The notes under the pieces: model-generated | Told to the model about the DNA's origin: nothing | Databases searched by the model: none | What the model saw: the letters and a program-made list of their open reading frames with translations, nothing else | NCBI GenBank assembly: GCA_001792115.1 | Contig: MGFX01000001.1 | Coordinates: 240,606 to 304,605 of the forward strand | Direction of reading: 5' to 3' | Source of the DNA: Candidatus Woesebacteria bacterium RBG_16_42_24 | GTDB lineage: Bacteria > Patescibacteriota > Microgenomatia > UBA8517 | Length of the DNA: 64,000 nucleotides | Position numbers and translations under genes: made by a program | Shown: piece after piece, positions 47,592 to 56,371 of the stretch | How positions within the stretch are numbered: the first letter of the stretch is position 1 | Layout of the letters: each line of letters begins with the position of its first letter

Positions 47592-47805
47592 ATTTGCTAA
47601 TATCTCCGGAAGAAAAGCTGTCAAAGCATTTCTGAAATTTGGCTACGTCCACAGTCACTCCTCCGGCGATCATGCAATTCTTCAAAAGAAAGGCGCACCT
47701 ACCTTATCGATCCCATTACACAAGGAGATAGCTCCGTTTTTATTAAAGTCTCAAATTAAAAGAGCGAATATTAGGCCCGATGATTTCCTGAAAGCTTTAA
47801 AATGA
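47584..47805 (+). CDS. hicA: HicA-family mRNA interferase toxin
   Basis: GRKAVKAFLKFGYVHSHSSGDHAILQKKGAPTLSIPLHKEI is YcfA/HicA-like. It overlaps hicB by 8 nt. Confidence 0.7.
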   Translation: MPRFANISGRKAVKAFLKFGYVHSHSSGDHAILQKKGAPTLSIPLHKEIAPFLLKSQIKRANIRPDDFLKALK

Positions 47806-48114
47806 TCAGTCCGGTAGGTAACCTTTCCCCAATAAATTTGACCCCCTCCGTCGCTAAAGCTTTGAAGAGCTAGGCCATAATCCCAGGTTTAGTTTCAACA
47901 CCATTGTCATTACCCTATAGTCAATTTGCTTTCCTGTGTGAGTCGTGCTATACTTCTTTTCTAGTTGGCAGATTGAAGAAATAGATCTGCTTAATTTTTG
48001 AATTTATTTTGAAGTCGGTAAGATAAAGATACCCCAAATCTTTCGTATTTATTCGTATCTTGTCCCCCACATCACGATTTTCTCATTTAAGCAGTTTTAT
48101 TTCTTTAATACTTT

Positions 48115-49317
48115 ATGTATAACAGGCATAACCATCGCTCAAACGGACACGGAGGGGGAAGAAGGTTCCAAAACAGATTTCCCTCCAGAAGCCAAAAAAC
48201 TGACGCCGAAATCGTGAGAGCGATTCAAGCTATCCAAATTACAGAAGCCCAAGAAGGCGATAGCCCCCAGAGCGCCTATATCCCCAAAAACAGATTTGAA
48301 GATTTTGCAATATCCGGGCAGCTTAAGAAAAACATTTCAGATAAAAGGTATGTAACCCCTACTCCCATTCAGGATCAGGTAATACCGGCAATACTTCAAG
48401 GCTCGGACGTTATAGGAATTGCCAATACAGGAACGGGCAAAACCGCCGCATTCTTAATTCCTTTAATCGAAAAAGTCTGCAATGACAGAAGCCAGAAGGT
48501 ACTTATAATTACTCCCACCCGTGAGCTTGCCTTGCAAATTAACGAAGAACTTTATGGCTTCTCCTATGGTTTGGGAATTAAGAAGGCACTTTGTGTTGGG
48601 GGAATGAATGAAAGAAAGCAAAGATATGAATTGTCATGCATTCCCAATTTTGTAATAGGCACACCCGGGCGCTTAAGGGAATTTATTGAAAGTCGGGCAC
48701 TTCCTATTTCGGAGTTTAACAATATCGTAATTGATGAGGCAGACAGGATGGTAGACATAGGGTTTATCGCCGATATTAAGTATTTTATTTCGTGCCTTCC
48801 CCAAACTCGCCAGTCGCTTTTTTTCTCTGCAACAATTCCCCCTAAGGTAAAGCTGATTCTCGGATCTTTTGTTCGAAACCCGATAACGATTTCGGTAAAG
48901 CTAAAAGAAAGCATAGATAATATTAAGCAGGATATTATTAAGGTTACCGATAGCCAGGGGAAGGTGGACCAGCTAGAGAACATCCTTTCTCAGGAAGGCT
49001 TTAATAAGGTTCTTATTTTTGGACGTACAAAATGGGGAGTTCAGAGACTTTCGAATGAGCTTGTAAGGCGCGGCTTTAAGGCCGGGGCTATTCACGGAAA
49101 CAAAAACCAAAGTCAAAGGCAAAGGGTTTTGGATGACTTTAAAAATAGCAGAATCTCTATTCTTTTGGCTACGGACGTAGCTTCCCGGGGACTCGATATT
49201 GAGGATGTAAGTCACGTAATAAACTACGATTTACCGAATACCTTCGAAGATTATATTCATAGGATTGGAAGAACGGGCAGGGCAAACAAAAAAGGCGTTG
49301 CCTTAACCTTCGTTTAA
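48115..49317 (+). CDS. DEAD-box ATP-dependent RNA helicase
   Basis: The Q-motif region is present. Motif I is ANTGTGKTAAF, motif Ia is PTRELALQ and motif II is DEAD (VIDEADRM). SAT, HRIGRTGRA and an N-terminal Arg/Gly-rich tail are also present. Confidence 0.85.
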   Translation: MYNRHNHRSNGHGGGRRFQNRFPSRSQKTDAEIVRAIQAIQITEAQEGDSPQSAYIPKNRFEDFAISGQLKKNISDKRYVTPTPIQDQVIPAILQGSDVIGIANTGTGKTAAFLIPLIEKVCNDRSQKVLIITPTRELALQINEELYGFSYGLGIKKALCVGGMNERKQRYELSCIPNFVIGTPGRLREFIESRALPISEFNNIVIDEADRMVDIGFIADIKYFISCLPQTRQSLFFSATIPPKVKLILGSFVRNPITISVKLKESIDNIKQDIIKVTDSQGKVDQLENILSQEGFNKVLIFGRTKWGVQRLSNELVRRGFKAGAIHGNKNQSQRQRVLDDFKNSRISILLATDVASRGLDIEDVSHVINYDLPNTFEDYIHRIGRTGRANKKGVALTFV

Positions 49318-49358
49318 AAACCAAAAAATTCGCCCCCGTTCTGGTATATGATACTTAT

Positions 49359-49697
49359 ATGGATGATTCGCTAGTTTGCCCCTCTTGTCATATTGAAGTA
49401 CGTTCAACCGATTATTTTTGCTACAACTGCGGCAAAAATCTTAAGCCCAAGCCTCTTTCTACTTCTTTAACCCAACAAATACTAATTTATTTGGGAAGCG
49501 TATTCCTGCCGCCCTTGGGGCTCGTCTGGGGAGTCCGTTACCTGCGCCAGGAAGATAACACTTCAAAAATTGTGGGGGTAATCTCTATTGTTTTAACCGC
49601 TATTACTTCGGTTTTATTAATAAAATTCACAAATGACCTGATAAAAACAGTAAACGAGCAGGTAAATAGCCAACTTCAAGAGATGCAAGGTTTTTAG
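49359..49697 (+). CDS. Zinc-ribbon plus two-TM protein, hypothetical
   Basis: CPSCH...CYNCG is followed by hydrophobic helices. Confidence 0.35.
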   Translation: MDDSLVCPSCHIEVRSTDYFCYNCGKNLKPKPLSTSLTQQILIYLGSVFLPPLGLVWGVRYLRQEDNTSKIVGVISIVLTAITSVLLIKFTNDLIKTVNEQVNSQLQEMQGF

Positions 49698-49772
49698 GAT
49701 AATCTTAGGACTATAGAAATATGTTCCCACATTGTAATTGTCACCTAATCCTCAGTATAATTTCATTACATT

Positions 49773-50015
49773 ATGAGTGAGCGCGAAGCAGACTTACGTT
49801 GCCCATTTGATGAAGAACGTCCGTGTCTCGATGGGTGCGAACTTCGGCCTTTCGTTTTGAGGATGTTGGCTATATATCATCATCTAGCCCCCCCGGATGA
49901 AGTAAGAAAATCAATTGTAACTTGTCCCTCAAGACGAGGGGACGGCGAGAGAGCAATAACTGGAGGGGTAAACAACCACATCAAAGAAAAATTTTGCCTG
50001 CATTCTAGGCATTAA
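49773..50015 (+). CDS. Hypothetical Cys-rich small protein
   Basis: ORF only; no recognisable motifs. Confidence 0.25.
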   Translation: MSEREADLRCPFDEERPCLDGCELRPFVLRMLAIYHHLAPPDEVRKSIVTCPSRRGDGERAITGGVNNHIKEKFCLHSRH

Positions 50016-50272
50016 AAGAACTTCCTTCTTTGAAGCAAATTTGTGCTATACTTAGATATTGAACTCAGATTCTCCAGTTGCTAAATTGATCGATACTTTC
50101 TTGCAAAGAGGAGGAAGGATAGATAAATATTATCTTCGAGGTACAAACCAATCAAAACGCTCCCTGGTTTATCTACACGGATGGTTTTCGGGGCAGAATA
50201 TCAAATCCGCAATCCTCAAAGCCTTCGGAAAGGTTTAGAATAGCTAGAAGCAACTTAATCTTCTTAACTTGC

Positions 50273-50527
50273 TTATGCAGCTTTTTGGGAGATGTTATGG
50301 GTTCTTCTTTCTTTGGCTTCCGTTTGCCTTCTTACATTGGCCAGTTCTCTCTCGTCTCTTAATTTTTGATCTTTGACAAGCTGTCTATCCACAATTGTCT
50401 GACAATCGGGATCGGGACAGGCAGTAAGCTTGGTAACAATAAGCGAACTACCTATGTATTCTTTATAAGTTTTTACAACAACTCTTACTTTTCCGCACCT
50501 CATACAGACATTTAATCCCGTATTCAT
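50273..50527 (-). CDS. Hypothetical zinc-ribbon protein
   Basis: CMRCG ... CPDPDC. It is on the minus strand, convergent with the flanking genes. Confidence 0.3.
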   Translation of the reverse strand: MNTGLNVCMRCGKVRVVVKTYKEYIGSSLIVTKLTACPDPDCQTIVDRQLVKDQKLRDERELANVRRQTEAKERRTHNISQKAA

Positions 50528-50548
50528 ATAATCTTTTAGAGTGAATTT

Positions 50549-50860
50549 TTACCAGCGCCTAGATTGCCTTTGCCCTCCGCCTCCTCTGTCATATCCCGCG
50601 GAACTTCTTTCCTCTCGCGGCCTTGCTTCATTGACTATGATTTTTCTTCCACCAAAATCCTTACCGGAAAGCTCTTTTATAGCTTTATCGGCGTCTGCGT
50701 CATTTTTATATTCTACAAAACCGAATCCTTTTCCTTGACCGGAATATCTGTCGGTAATGACTGTTGCGCTTGCAACCTCACCAATTTCTGCGAAAAATTG
50801 ACTGAGTTCTGCGTCAGTAGCGGTGTAGGGAAGACCTCCTACGAATAATCTTTTTGCCAT
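50549..50860 (-). CDS. RRM-type glycine-rich RNA-binding protein
   Basis: RNP-2 is LFVGGL and RNP-1 is KGFGFVEY. The C-terminus is RGG-rich. Confidence 0.75.
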   Translation of the reverse strand: MAKRLFVGGLPYTATDAELSQFFAEIGEVASATVITDRYSGQGKGFGFVEYKNDADADKAIKELSGKDFGGRKIIVNEARPREERSSAGYDRGGGGQRQSRRW

Positions 50861-50992
50861 TTATTATCTCACCACCTTTGTGTACTTACGTGAGGATTAT
50901 TCCATCTAAGAAGCTTTAAACCGCTTGGTAGAAGTAATCGTAACCTAAGTAACTAATGATACTTTATCATAAAAAATGTAAAATAGCAAAGT

Positions 50993-51664
50993 ATGTATAA
51001 ACTTTCTCCTTCCGATTTCAAATACCTTTACCAGGACTGCAAGCACTGCTACTACCAAAAGGTGAAAAAGGGAATTACCCTGCCCTCAATCGGAATGCCC
51101 GGAGTTTTTTCCAAAATGAATTCACTTCTACAATCGGCGATTATGGGAATGAATCTAAAGGATGTAAATTCCGAACTCCCATCAGGAATAATCGAAGTTA
51201 AGGAAGGATTTCTGCGATCCGCCCCAATTCCGCCCTCCAAAAAGTCCTTTATAAGTGGGCGATTCGACATTACTTCGAAACTTGAGGGCGGCTCAATTGC
51301 CGTAATTGACTTTAAAATTACCGACCCGACAGAGGAAAAAATCCAAAAATACTCAAGTCAGCTCCATGCCTATAAATTCTCCCTCGAAAACCCGTCTTAT
51401 GGTGAGGCCAAAAAGGTGGCCAAGATGGGAATTATAGCCATAAACCCGGAAGACATTTCTTTTCCGGGGGATAAAGTAATTTTTAAGGCAACCCCGACCT
51501 GGTTTGAAATAAAGGAAGATATGGATAGTTTTTATAATTTCATATCCGAAGTAACAGAGCTTTTGGAAGGACCCACCCCTAAAGAAAATCCTGATTGTGC
51601 GTGGTGCAAATACCGCCTCTGTTTCGCCCACCCCGAAGCCACACAGGATGAGATTCCTTTTTGA
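50993..51664 (+). CDS. Cas4/RecB-family PD-(D/E)xK nuclease with Fe-S cysteines (stand-alone)
   Basis: A GRxD-like motif (SGRFDIT), a D/ExK motif (AVIDFKIT) and QxxxY (QLHAYKF) are present. Cys motifs are CKHC at the N-terminus and CAWCKYRLC at the C-terminus. Confidence 0.55.
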   Translation: MYKLSPSDFKYLYQDCKHCYYQKVKKGITLPSIGMPGVFSKMNSLLQSAIMGMNLKDVNSELPSGIIEVKEGFLRSAPIPPSKKSFISGRFDITSKLEGGSIAVIDFKITDPTEEKIQKYSSQLHAYKFSLENPSYGEAKKVAKMGIIAINPEDISFPGDKVIFKATPTWFEIKEDMDSFYNFISEVTELLEGPTPKENPDCAWCKYRLCFAHPEATQDEIPF

Positions 51665-51679
51665 GTTCTCCGAACCCAA

Positions 51680-51708
51680 TTGACGTCTGAAGCTAAATGA
51701 TTTATAAT
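51680..51708 (+). promoter_or_regulatory. Sigma70-type promoter (TTGACG-N17-TATAAT) restoring transcription into rplC and the S10/spc genes downstream of the island
   Basis: -35 at 51680-51685 and -10 at 51703-51708. Confidence 0.6.
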
Positions 51709-51808
51709 CTTGGCATCAATGGAGGTGACTAGCCAGAAATAACCTCTACATAAGAAGTAGGATGTGCCAGTTGAGGGCGCCTCCGGCGCCTTTTTTTGTG
51801 AGAAAAAG

Positions 51809-52702
51809 ATGATCAATGCTATTTTAGCCTCAAAAGGGAAAATGGGAGCGGCCTTCGTCAAAGGCCGAAGGTTTGCTGTGACAAAAGTTCTGGCCGGCCC
51901 GTGCGTGGTCATCCAGGTTAAAAAAATGGAAAAAGACGGATATTGGGCGGTCCAGCTTGGCTTCGGAGAAAGAAGAATTAAGAATATTAGTAAGGCCATG
52001 CAAGGACACCTCAAGTTAAGTCAAAACTCAAAAGTCAAAACTCAAAGCTCTAATCTCAAATCTCAAAACACCCTCCCCAGATTTATAAGAGAGGTAAGGC
52101 TAGAAGAAGAACCAAAAATGAATGTTGGAGATGAAGTTAAAGCCTCCGACGTTTTTAATGTCGGAGATATTGTTAGTGTTTACGGCATTTCCAAGGGTAA
52201 GGGTTTTCAGGGAGTGGTAAAGCGCTGGGGATTTGCGGGGGGTCCCAGAACCCACGGACAATCTGACCGTGAGCGAGCACCGGGCTCAATCGGCCAAGGA
52301 ACAACTCCGGGCAGGGTTTATAAAGGTAAACATATGGCAGGAAGAATGGGAGGGGATAGTGTTACTGTTAAAAATTTGCAAGTGGTTTCTATTGAGCCTG
52401 AAACAGGACTGATTGAGATTTCGGGTCCTGTACCGGGGGATACGGGAGGCCTTCTTAAGATAACGAGAACAGCTAAGGGCGAGCTTGAAGGAATTCAGGA
52501 AGTAGCGGCCCAGGTTGTAGAAGGAGAGCCCTCCTCCGCCGAGGCTACGGAGGACAAGGTCCCCGCCGACGCTGGCCTGCCTGCCGGCAAGGCAGGAGCT
52601 GTGGCGGGCAAGCCCGCCGACGAGGCTCCAACCGAAAGCGGCGCACCCGCCGCAACTAAAGAGGTCCCAGCTGCTAAAGGAGGTCAAAGTGACAAAAGCT
52701 AA
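51809..52702 (+). CDS. rplC: 50S ribosomal protein L3 with an internal low-complexity insertion and a long Ala/Pro/Glu-rich C-terminal extension (ORF track starts at 51764)
   Basis: MINAILASKGKMGAAFVKG... is L3-like. GKGFQGVVKRWGF and HGQSDRERAPGSIGQ are L3 motifs. Confidence 0.9.
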   Translation: MINAILASKGKMGAAFVKGRRFAVTKVLAGPCVVIQVKKMEKDGYWAVQLGFGERRIKNISKAMQGHLKLSQNSKVKTQSSNLKSQNTLPRFIREVRLEEEPKMNVGDEVKASDVFNVGDIVSVYGISKGKGFQGVVKRWGFAGGPRTHGQSDRERAPGSIGQGTTPGRVYKGKHMAGRMGGDSVTVKNLQVVSIEPETGLIEISGPVPGDTGGLLKITRTAKGELEGIQEVAAQVVEGEPSSAEATEDKVPADAGLPAGKAGAVAGKPADEAPTESGAPAATKEVPAAKGGQSDKS

Positions 52703-53357
52703 TGTCTATTCGGCAAAAGGCGTAAAGAGCGGAAGCGTAAATCTTCCCAAAGATTTTAATGAGAATCAGAATTTAGCGCTTTTGGCGCAAGCAATTCGGG
52801 TTCAGACCGCACGCGCCCATATCGGACTCGCTAAAGTCAAAACCCGAGCCGAGGTTGATAGAACCAAAAAGAAAGTCTATCGCCAAAAAGGTACAGGAGG
52901 TGCAAGGCACGGAAGCCGAAGTGCCCCTATTTATGTTGGCGGTGGAGTTGCCCACGGCCCCAAGGGAGTAAAAAGGGAGCTGACTCTCCCCAAGATTCTC
53001 GCCAAAAAGGCTTTAAATATTGCCCTGACGCTTAAGGCAAAAGACGGGGAAGTAGTTGTCGTAAATGGCCTGGGGGCAATAGCAAAAACAAAGGAAATAC
53101 AGAGTTTAATCGATAAAATTAAAAAAACTAGGGAGTTAAAGAAGGGACGATTTACGTTTGCATTAGCTAACACTAACCTTGAGAGCCGAAGGAGCCTGAA
53201 AAATCTTGAAGGAGTTGCGGTCTTGCCTTACGAAAATCTTAACGCATACAGGGTATTTTACGGGGGAGTTTTGGTTTTAGATAAAGATGTTTTTACTAAG
53301 AAACCCAAAACTTTAAACTCTAAACTCAAAACCACTAAGATAGAAATAAATAAATGA
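52689..53357 (+). CDS. rplD: 50S ribosomal protein L4
   Basis: L4 family (RQKGTGGARHGSRSAPIYVGGGVAHGPK). Confidence 0.9.
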   Translation: MTKANVYSAKGVKSGSVNLPKDFNENQNLALLAQAIRVQTARAHIGLAKVKTRAEVDRTKKKVYRQKGTGGARHGSRSAPIYVGGGVAHGPKGVKRELTLPKILAKKALNIALTLKAKDGEVVVVNGLGAIAKTKEIQSLIDKIKKTRELKKGRFTFALANTNLESRRSLKNLEGVAVLPYENLNAYRVFYGGVLVLDKDVFTKKPKTLNSKLKTTKIEINK

Positions 53358-53638
53358 AATTAATTCCAATAATTACTGAAAAAAGTTTGAGGGACGCAAA
53401 AGTTGGTAGATACACCTTTAGCGTTGACCGTCACTTAAGAAAGCCCGAGATAAAAAAAGCCATTGATGAGGCATTCGGCGTCCATGTGGTGAGCATTCAA
53501 ACGTCAAAAATTGGCGGAAGCCAGAAAAGAAACATGAGGGGCTATCAACAAAGGACTTTGGCCGAAAAAAGAGCCAGGGTTACTTTAAAAGAAAAAGAAT
53601 CAATTGATTTATTTGAAGAGAAAAAATCAGCCAAATGA
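53354..53638 (+). CDS. rplW: 50S ribosomal protein L23
   Basis: L23 family; operon position. Confidence 0.9.
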   Translation: MKLIPIITEKSLRDAKVGRYTFSVDRHLRKPEIKKAIDEAFGVHVVSIQTSKIGGSQKRNMRGYQQRTLAEKRARVTLKEKESIDLFEEKKSAK

Positions 53639-54384
53639 AAAATTTAAAAAGAATATTGGCAAAAAATAGCGGAAGAAGCGCAGGATCCCTGACGATTAGG
53701 CATCAAGGTGGCCGACAAAAAAGATTTTTGCGAGACATTGACTTTGAAAGAGATAAAATTGGTGTGACAGGAAGGGTGGAGACAATCGAATACGACCCCA
53801 ATCGTTCGGCAAATATTGCACTCGTTGTCTATGAGGATGGGGATAGGCGTTACATCTTAGCCCCAAACGGTATGGAAATTGGTCAAAAAGTAATCAGCGG
53901 CCCCTCCGCTCCCATTGAGATGGGAAATGCGATACCTTTGGGGAAAATCCCGATAGGAACAGGAATTCATAACCTCGAGGTCAGACATGGTAAAGGCGGG
54001 CAGCTGGTTAAATCCGCAGGGTCTCTCGCGCATGTACAGGGAAAAGAGGGGAACTTTGTACTTGTAAAGCTTCCTTCCGGGGAGGTAAGGCGTTTTGACC
54101 CAGAAGCGTATGCAACAGTCGGTCAAGTGGGCAGGGTTGAGGCCAAAACCGAGCACATAGGGAGTGCAGGAAGAAAAAGAAGGATGGGTATAAGGCCGAC
54201 CGTAAGAGGGGTTGCCATGCACCCGGGTGCCCACCCCCACGGAGGAGGAGAGGGAAGAAGCCACATTGGTTTGAAGTATCAAAAGACTGTTTATGGAAAG
54301 CGAGCAGTTGGAAAAACAAGAAGAAGAAAGAAATATTCCGATAAATTAATCGTTTCGGGAAGGAGCTTCGGGCCCCACCATTAA
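53635..54384 (+). CDS. rplB: 50S ribosomal protein L2
   Basis: GRNxxGRITxRHxGGGHKR-type motifs ([11 protein letters not shown]; [13 protein letters not shown]). Confidence 0.95.
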   Translation: MKNLKRILAKNSGRSAGSLTIRHQGGRQKRFLRDIDFERDKIGVTGRVETIEYDPNRSANIALVVYEDGDRRYILAPNGMEIGQKVISGPSAPIEMGNAIPLGKIPIGTGIHNLEVRHGKGGQLVKSAGSLAHVQGKEGNFVLVKLPSGEVRRFDPEAYATVGQVGRVEAKTEHIGSAGRKRRMGIRPTVRGVAMHPGAHPHGGGEGRSHIGLKYQKTVYGKRAVGKTRRRKKYSDKLIVSGRSFGPHH

Positions 54385-54385
54385 C

Positions 54386-54667
54386 ATGAGTAGGAGTTCA
54401 AAAAAAGGACCATTTGTTGATGCCAACCTTGCCAGGAAGGTTGCGGTTGGCATGGGGACTAAAGAGGCCCCGATTAAAACTTGGTCCCGCTCGTCCCAAA
54501 TTCCTCCGGAATTTGTGGGCAAGTACTTTCAGGTCCATAACGGCCGAATATTTATCGACGTTTTTGTAACGGAAGATATGGTGGGACATAGACTCGGAGA
54601 ATTTGCTCCGACCCGAACATTTAGAGGACACGGAGAAATTGTTAAGCGAATTTTAGAAAAGACATAA
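54386..54667 (+). CDS. rpsS: 30S ribosomal protein S19
   Basis: [11 protein letters not shown]...VHNGR; S19 family. Confidence 0.95.
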   Translation: MSRSSKKGPFVDANLARKVAVGMGTKEAPIKTWSRSSQIPPEFVGKYFQVHNGRIFIDVFVTEDMVGHRLGEFAPTRTFRGHGEIVKRILEKT

Positions 54668-54672
54668 AGAAT

Positions 54673-55086
54673 ATGGAAATAATTGCGACACAGAAATATT
54701 TAATCACTTCTCCCAAGAAATTGAGGGAAGTGGCGGCTGTTGCCAAAAAGCTTTCGCCAATACGGGCAATTGAGATCTTGCCTTTTATCGGAAAACGCGC
54801 CGCAACTCCCCTCTTAAAGGTGATAAAGAATGCAATCGCCAGTGCCAAGGCGAAGGGTAGCAGCGAGGGGGAACTTGCTTTTAAAGAAATTCAAATAGGC
54901 GAAGGCCCGAGACTCAAAAGGTTCAGGGCCGGAGCCCATGGCCGGGCCAAGCCTTATAAGAGGCGGATGAGCCACATCCGAGTTGTGCTAACAACTCAGA
55001 ATTCCCAAATTCCAGTTTCCAAATCCCAAATAAATTCAAATGCCCAAAATTCTAGTGCGGAAAAGAAAAAGGAGGGGAAGAAATAA
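54673..55086 (+). CDS. rplV: 50S ribosomal protein L22 with a heptamer-repeat-encoded C-terminal tail
   Basis: L22 core (ATQKYLITSPKKLREVAAVAKK...) plus the tail NSQIPVSKSQINSNAQNSSAEKKKEGKK. Confidence 0.9.
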   Translation: MEIIATQKYLITSPKKLREVAAVAKKLSPIRAIEILPFIGKRAATPLLKVIKNAIASAKAKGSSEGELAFKEIQIGEGPRLKRFRAGAHGRAKPYKRRMSHIRVVLTTQNSQIPVSKSQINSNAQNSSAEKKKEGKK

Positions 55087-55088
55087 CC

Positions 55089-55739
55089 CGTGGGACAAAA
55101 AATTAATCCGGTGGGAATGAGGATTGGGAGCTTTCTGCCTTGGAAGTCGCGTTGGTTTGTCGAAGGTGAAAAGTACAAAGAGTTTTTGTGGAAGACGTCA
55201 GAATTAGATATGCACTTATGGATAAGCTTAAACTCGCAGGAATAACGTCTGTTGAAATTGAGAGGCTTCCCAAATCCATGGTTCTTAATTTAACCGTATC
55301 GCGCCCCGGAGTTGTAATAGGTAGAGGTGGGTCCGGAATTGAGGAGGTTAAAAAATACGTTTTGGGAATTATAAAGAATGTTCGAGGCGAACTTCCCAAA
55401 GACTTGAAGATCGATTTAAAGGTTACCGAAGTAAAAAATCCTGAAATTTCGGCACATTTAGTTGCTTCAAGAATTGCTGGGGAGCTCGAGCGAAGGATGC
55501 CCCACAGGCGAGTGGTATCTAAAGCGACCGAAAGAGTCATGGCGGGAGGCGCCTTGGGAGTGAAGGTCGTCTTGGGTGGAAGAATCGGCGGAGCTGAAAT
55601 TTCGAGAGTCGAAAAATTCCAGATGGGTTCGGTTCCGACGCAAACATTAAGAGAAACAATAGATTATGCTCAAATACCGGCACTATTAAAAAGAGGATAC
55701 GTCGGAGTAAAAGTCTGGATCCACAGGAAGGAAGAGTAA
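55089..55739 (+). CDS. rpsC: 30S ribosomal protein S3; the 5' end reads in three frame segments (apparent +1 / -1 frameshifts)
   Basis: From GTG 55089, frame A gives VGQKINPVGMRIGSFLP, the S3 KH-domain N-terminus. After the T3 run at 55139-55141 the S3-like sequence WKSRWFVEGEKYKEFL continues only in the +1 frame. After the T5 run at 55183-55187 it returns to frame A (VEDVRIRYALMDKL... to the stop at 55739). Confidence 0.8.
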
Positions 55740-56147
55740 ATGCTTGAACCAAAAAGACAAAAATACAGGAAGGCTTTTAGAGGAAAAAGAAGGGGAGTTG
55801 CCACCCGTGGCGTGACACTATCATTCGGTGAGTTTGGCCTTAAGTCCTTGGGTCGCGGCTGGCTGGCGAGTCGCCAGATTGAGGCGGCCAGAAAAGCGAT
55901 AACACATGTACTCAAGAAAGGCGGAAGAGTCTGGATAAGGGTTTTTCCGGATAAACCGGTTACTTCCCGTCCTGCAGGGAAAAGGATGGGGAGCGGCAAG
56001 GGGGAGATTGATAGGTATGTAGCGGTAGTAATTCCCGGGCGCATCCTCTTTGAAATTGCCGGAACTACAAAAGAAATTGCAAAAACGGCCTTTGAGAGGG
56101 CGTCAAATAAATTGCCATTTAATACTAAGTTCATATCAAAGGAGTAA
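55740..56147 (+). CDS. rplP: 50S ribosomal protein L16
   Basis: L16 family ([14 protein letters not shown]...). Confidence 0.95.
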   Translation: MLEPKRQKYRKAFRGKRRGVATRGVTLSFGEFGLKSLGRGWLASRQIEAARKAITHVLKKGGRVWIRVFPDKPVTSRPAGKRMGSGKGEIDRYVAVVIPGRILFEIAGTTKEIAKTAFERASNKLPFNTKFISKE

Positions 56148-56149
56148 AA

Positions 56150-56371
56150 ATGAAGAAAAAGGACAAGGAAGTTATAAGGACAAAAGATATAGGCGAAGTC
56201 AAAAAGACACTCGCCGAGCGTAAAGCAGAGCTTAAAAAGGTGATCGCAGAGGTTTATGGCGGCAAGGAGAAGAATTTGAAAAAAGCTAAGAATCTAAGGC
56301 GCGAAATTGCCCAAATTCTGACGATATTAAGAGAAAGAGAAATATTAGACGTGGAGGCCAAAAAGGAATGA
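56150..56371 (+). CDS. rpmC: 50S ribosomal protein L29
   Basis: Small coiled-coil protein in the L29 position. Confidence 0.85.
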   Translation: MKKKDKEVIRTKDIGEVKKTLAERKAELKKVIAEVYGGKEKNLKKAKNLRREIAQILTILREREILDVEAKKE

